Of a stretch of 64,000 nt of DNA, positions 63,290 to 64,000 are shown piece by piece (the first letter of the stretch is position 1; every line of letters begins with the position of its first letter). The DNA lies in NCBI GenBank assembly GCA_051294375.1, contig CM119264.1:2695769-2759768 (forward strand), given 5' to 3'. The position numbers and the translations under genes were made by a program. A model generated the notes under the pieces. It did no database searches. It had not been told where the DNA came from and saw only the letters and a list, made by a program, of their open reading frames with translations. The stretch comes from Paraspadella gotoi. Its lineage: Eukaryota; Animalia; Chaetognatha.

Positions 63290-63615
63290 GGAGGGAGAAT
63301 ATAGGAAGAAAAGGGAGAGGAAATAAAAGAGGCAGGGAGAAAATAAAAGAGAGGAAGGAAATTAGGGAGAAAAGGGAGCGAAATAAAAGAGGAGGGAGAA
63401 ATAAAAGAGGAGGAAGGAAATTAGGAGAAAAGGAAGCAAAGAAGCAGGGGGAGAATATTAAGAGAAAAGGGAGTAAAGGAAAGAGGAGGAAGGAAATAAG
63501 AAGAAAAGGGAGGGAAGGAAAGAGGAGGAAAGGAAAGAGGAGGGAGAATATTAGGAGAAAAGGGAGGAAAGGAAAGAGGAGGGAGGATATTAGGAAAAAA
63601 GGGAAGAAAGGAAAG
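63290..63615 (+). repeat. Purine-rich ~35-40-bp minisatellite (AAAGAGGAGGGAGAATATTAGGAGAAAAGGGAG...)
   Basis: Recurrent gagggagaatattaggagaaaagggag core. Confidence 0.7.
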
Positions 63616-64000
63616 GAAAGATGTTAAATTAAGTAGTTTTTCAGAGAGGTCATTCTGGTAAGATTTGGAATATTGAAAGTTTTTTAAATTAAAAATATTC
63701 ATTGAGATGAAGACAGAAGTCTTCGAAATATTGTGATTTTTCTCAATTTAAATCATTTTAATTTTAAAAACTGTCAATTTTCCTTAGGGCAAGCAAATAC
63801 CAAAAATATTACAAATTAAAATGTTAACTTAGCTTAAACTAAAAGTGAAAGGGCGGCGAAGGTGTACGAAGACTGAAAAGGATGGAGAGGGGAAGGAACC
63901 GAAACAGTCGAGTCAACTGTGCAATTGTAGTCGTTGTTGTTGTTGTCGTTGAGATCAGTGGTCCTCGAGATTTTCGCCGCTCTCGTCCGGCAGCGGCGGT

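Noticed and set aside
1054-63702. Numerous ER/SL/KERK/FFLS/poly-R ORFs and long ORFs containing X
   Set aside because: Products of (AG)n, (GAAA)n and (GAC)n microsatellites or of N gaps.

Overview
Eukaryotic, probably invertebrate, draft genomic DNA. It is CpG-rich, full of microsatellites and has many N gaps. No prokaryotic genes, rRNA, intact tRNA, CRISPR arrays or recognisable transposase/RT ORFs are visible. Much of the window is the same locus repeated with indel noise: an inverted copy (1-2400 vs ~6770-9135), direct copies (2505-6650, 12605-16600, 25797-28580; 18853-25771 vs 28640-35170; 43842-45228 vs 54490-55880; 60806-61390 vs 61416-62150). Most copy boundaries sit on 25-N gaps, which points to long-read gap-filling artefacts. 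Host-like features are two plausible + strand coding exons (36277-36851, and 44367-45228 duplicated at 55019-55997, a Pro-rich protein with an IYENL motif), several minisatellites, and Helentron/DINE-like (HINE) elements. The most unusual part is an AT-rich block at 45254-54160. It holds an orientation-switching 16-bp satellite, a 12-15 bp inverted-repeat pair bounding a 1.47-kb unique segment, two microhomology-deleted copies of that segment, a degenerate TTAGGG tract and tRNA-like tandem units. The unique segment contains a 175-codon frame interrupted only by TAA/TAG, which reads as a ciliate-like protein if UAR encodes Gln or Glu. This suggests foreign DNA with a non-standard genetic code (co-sequenced protist or horizontal insertion); it is unverified.
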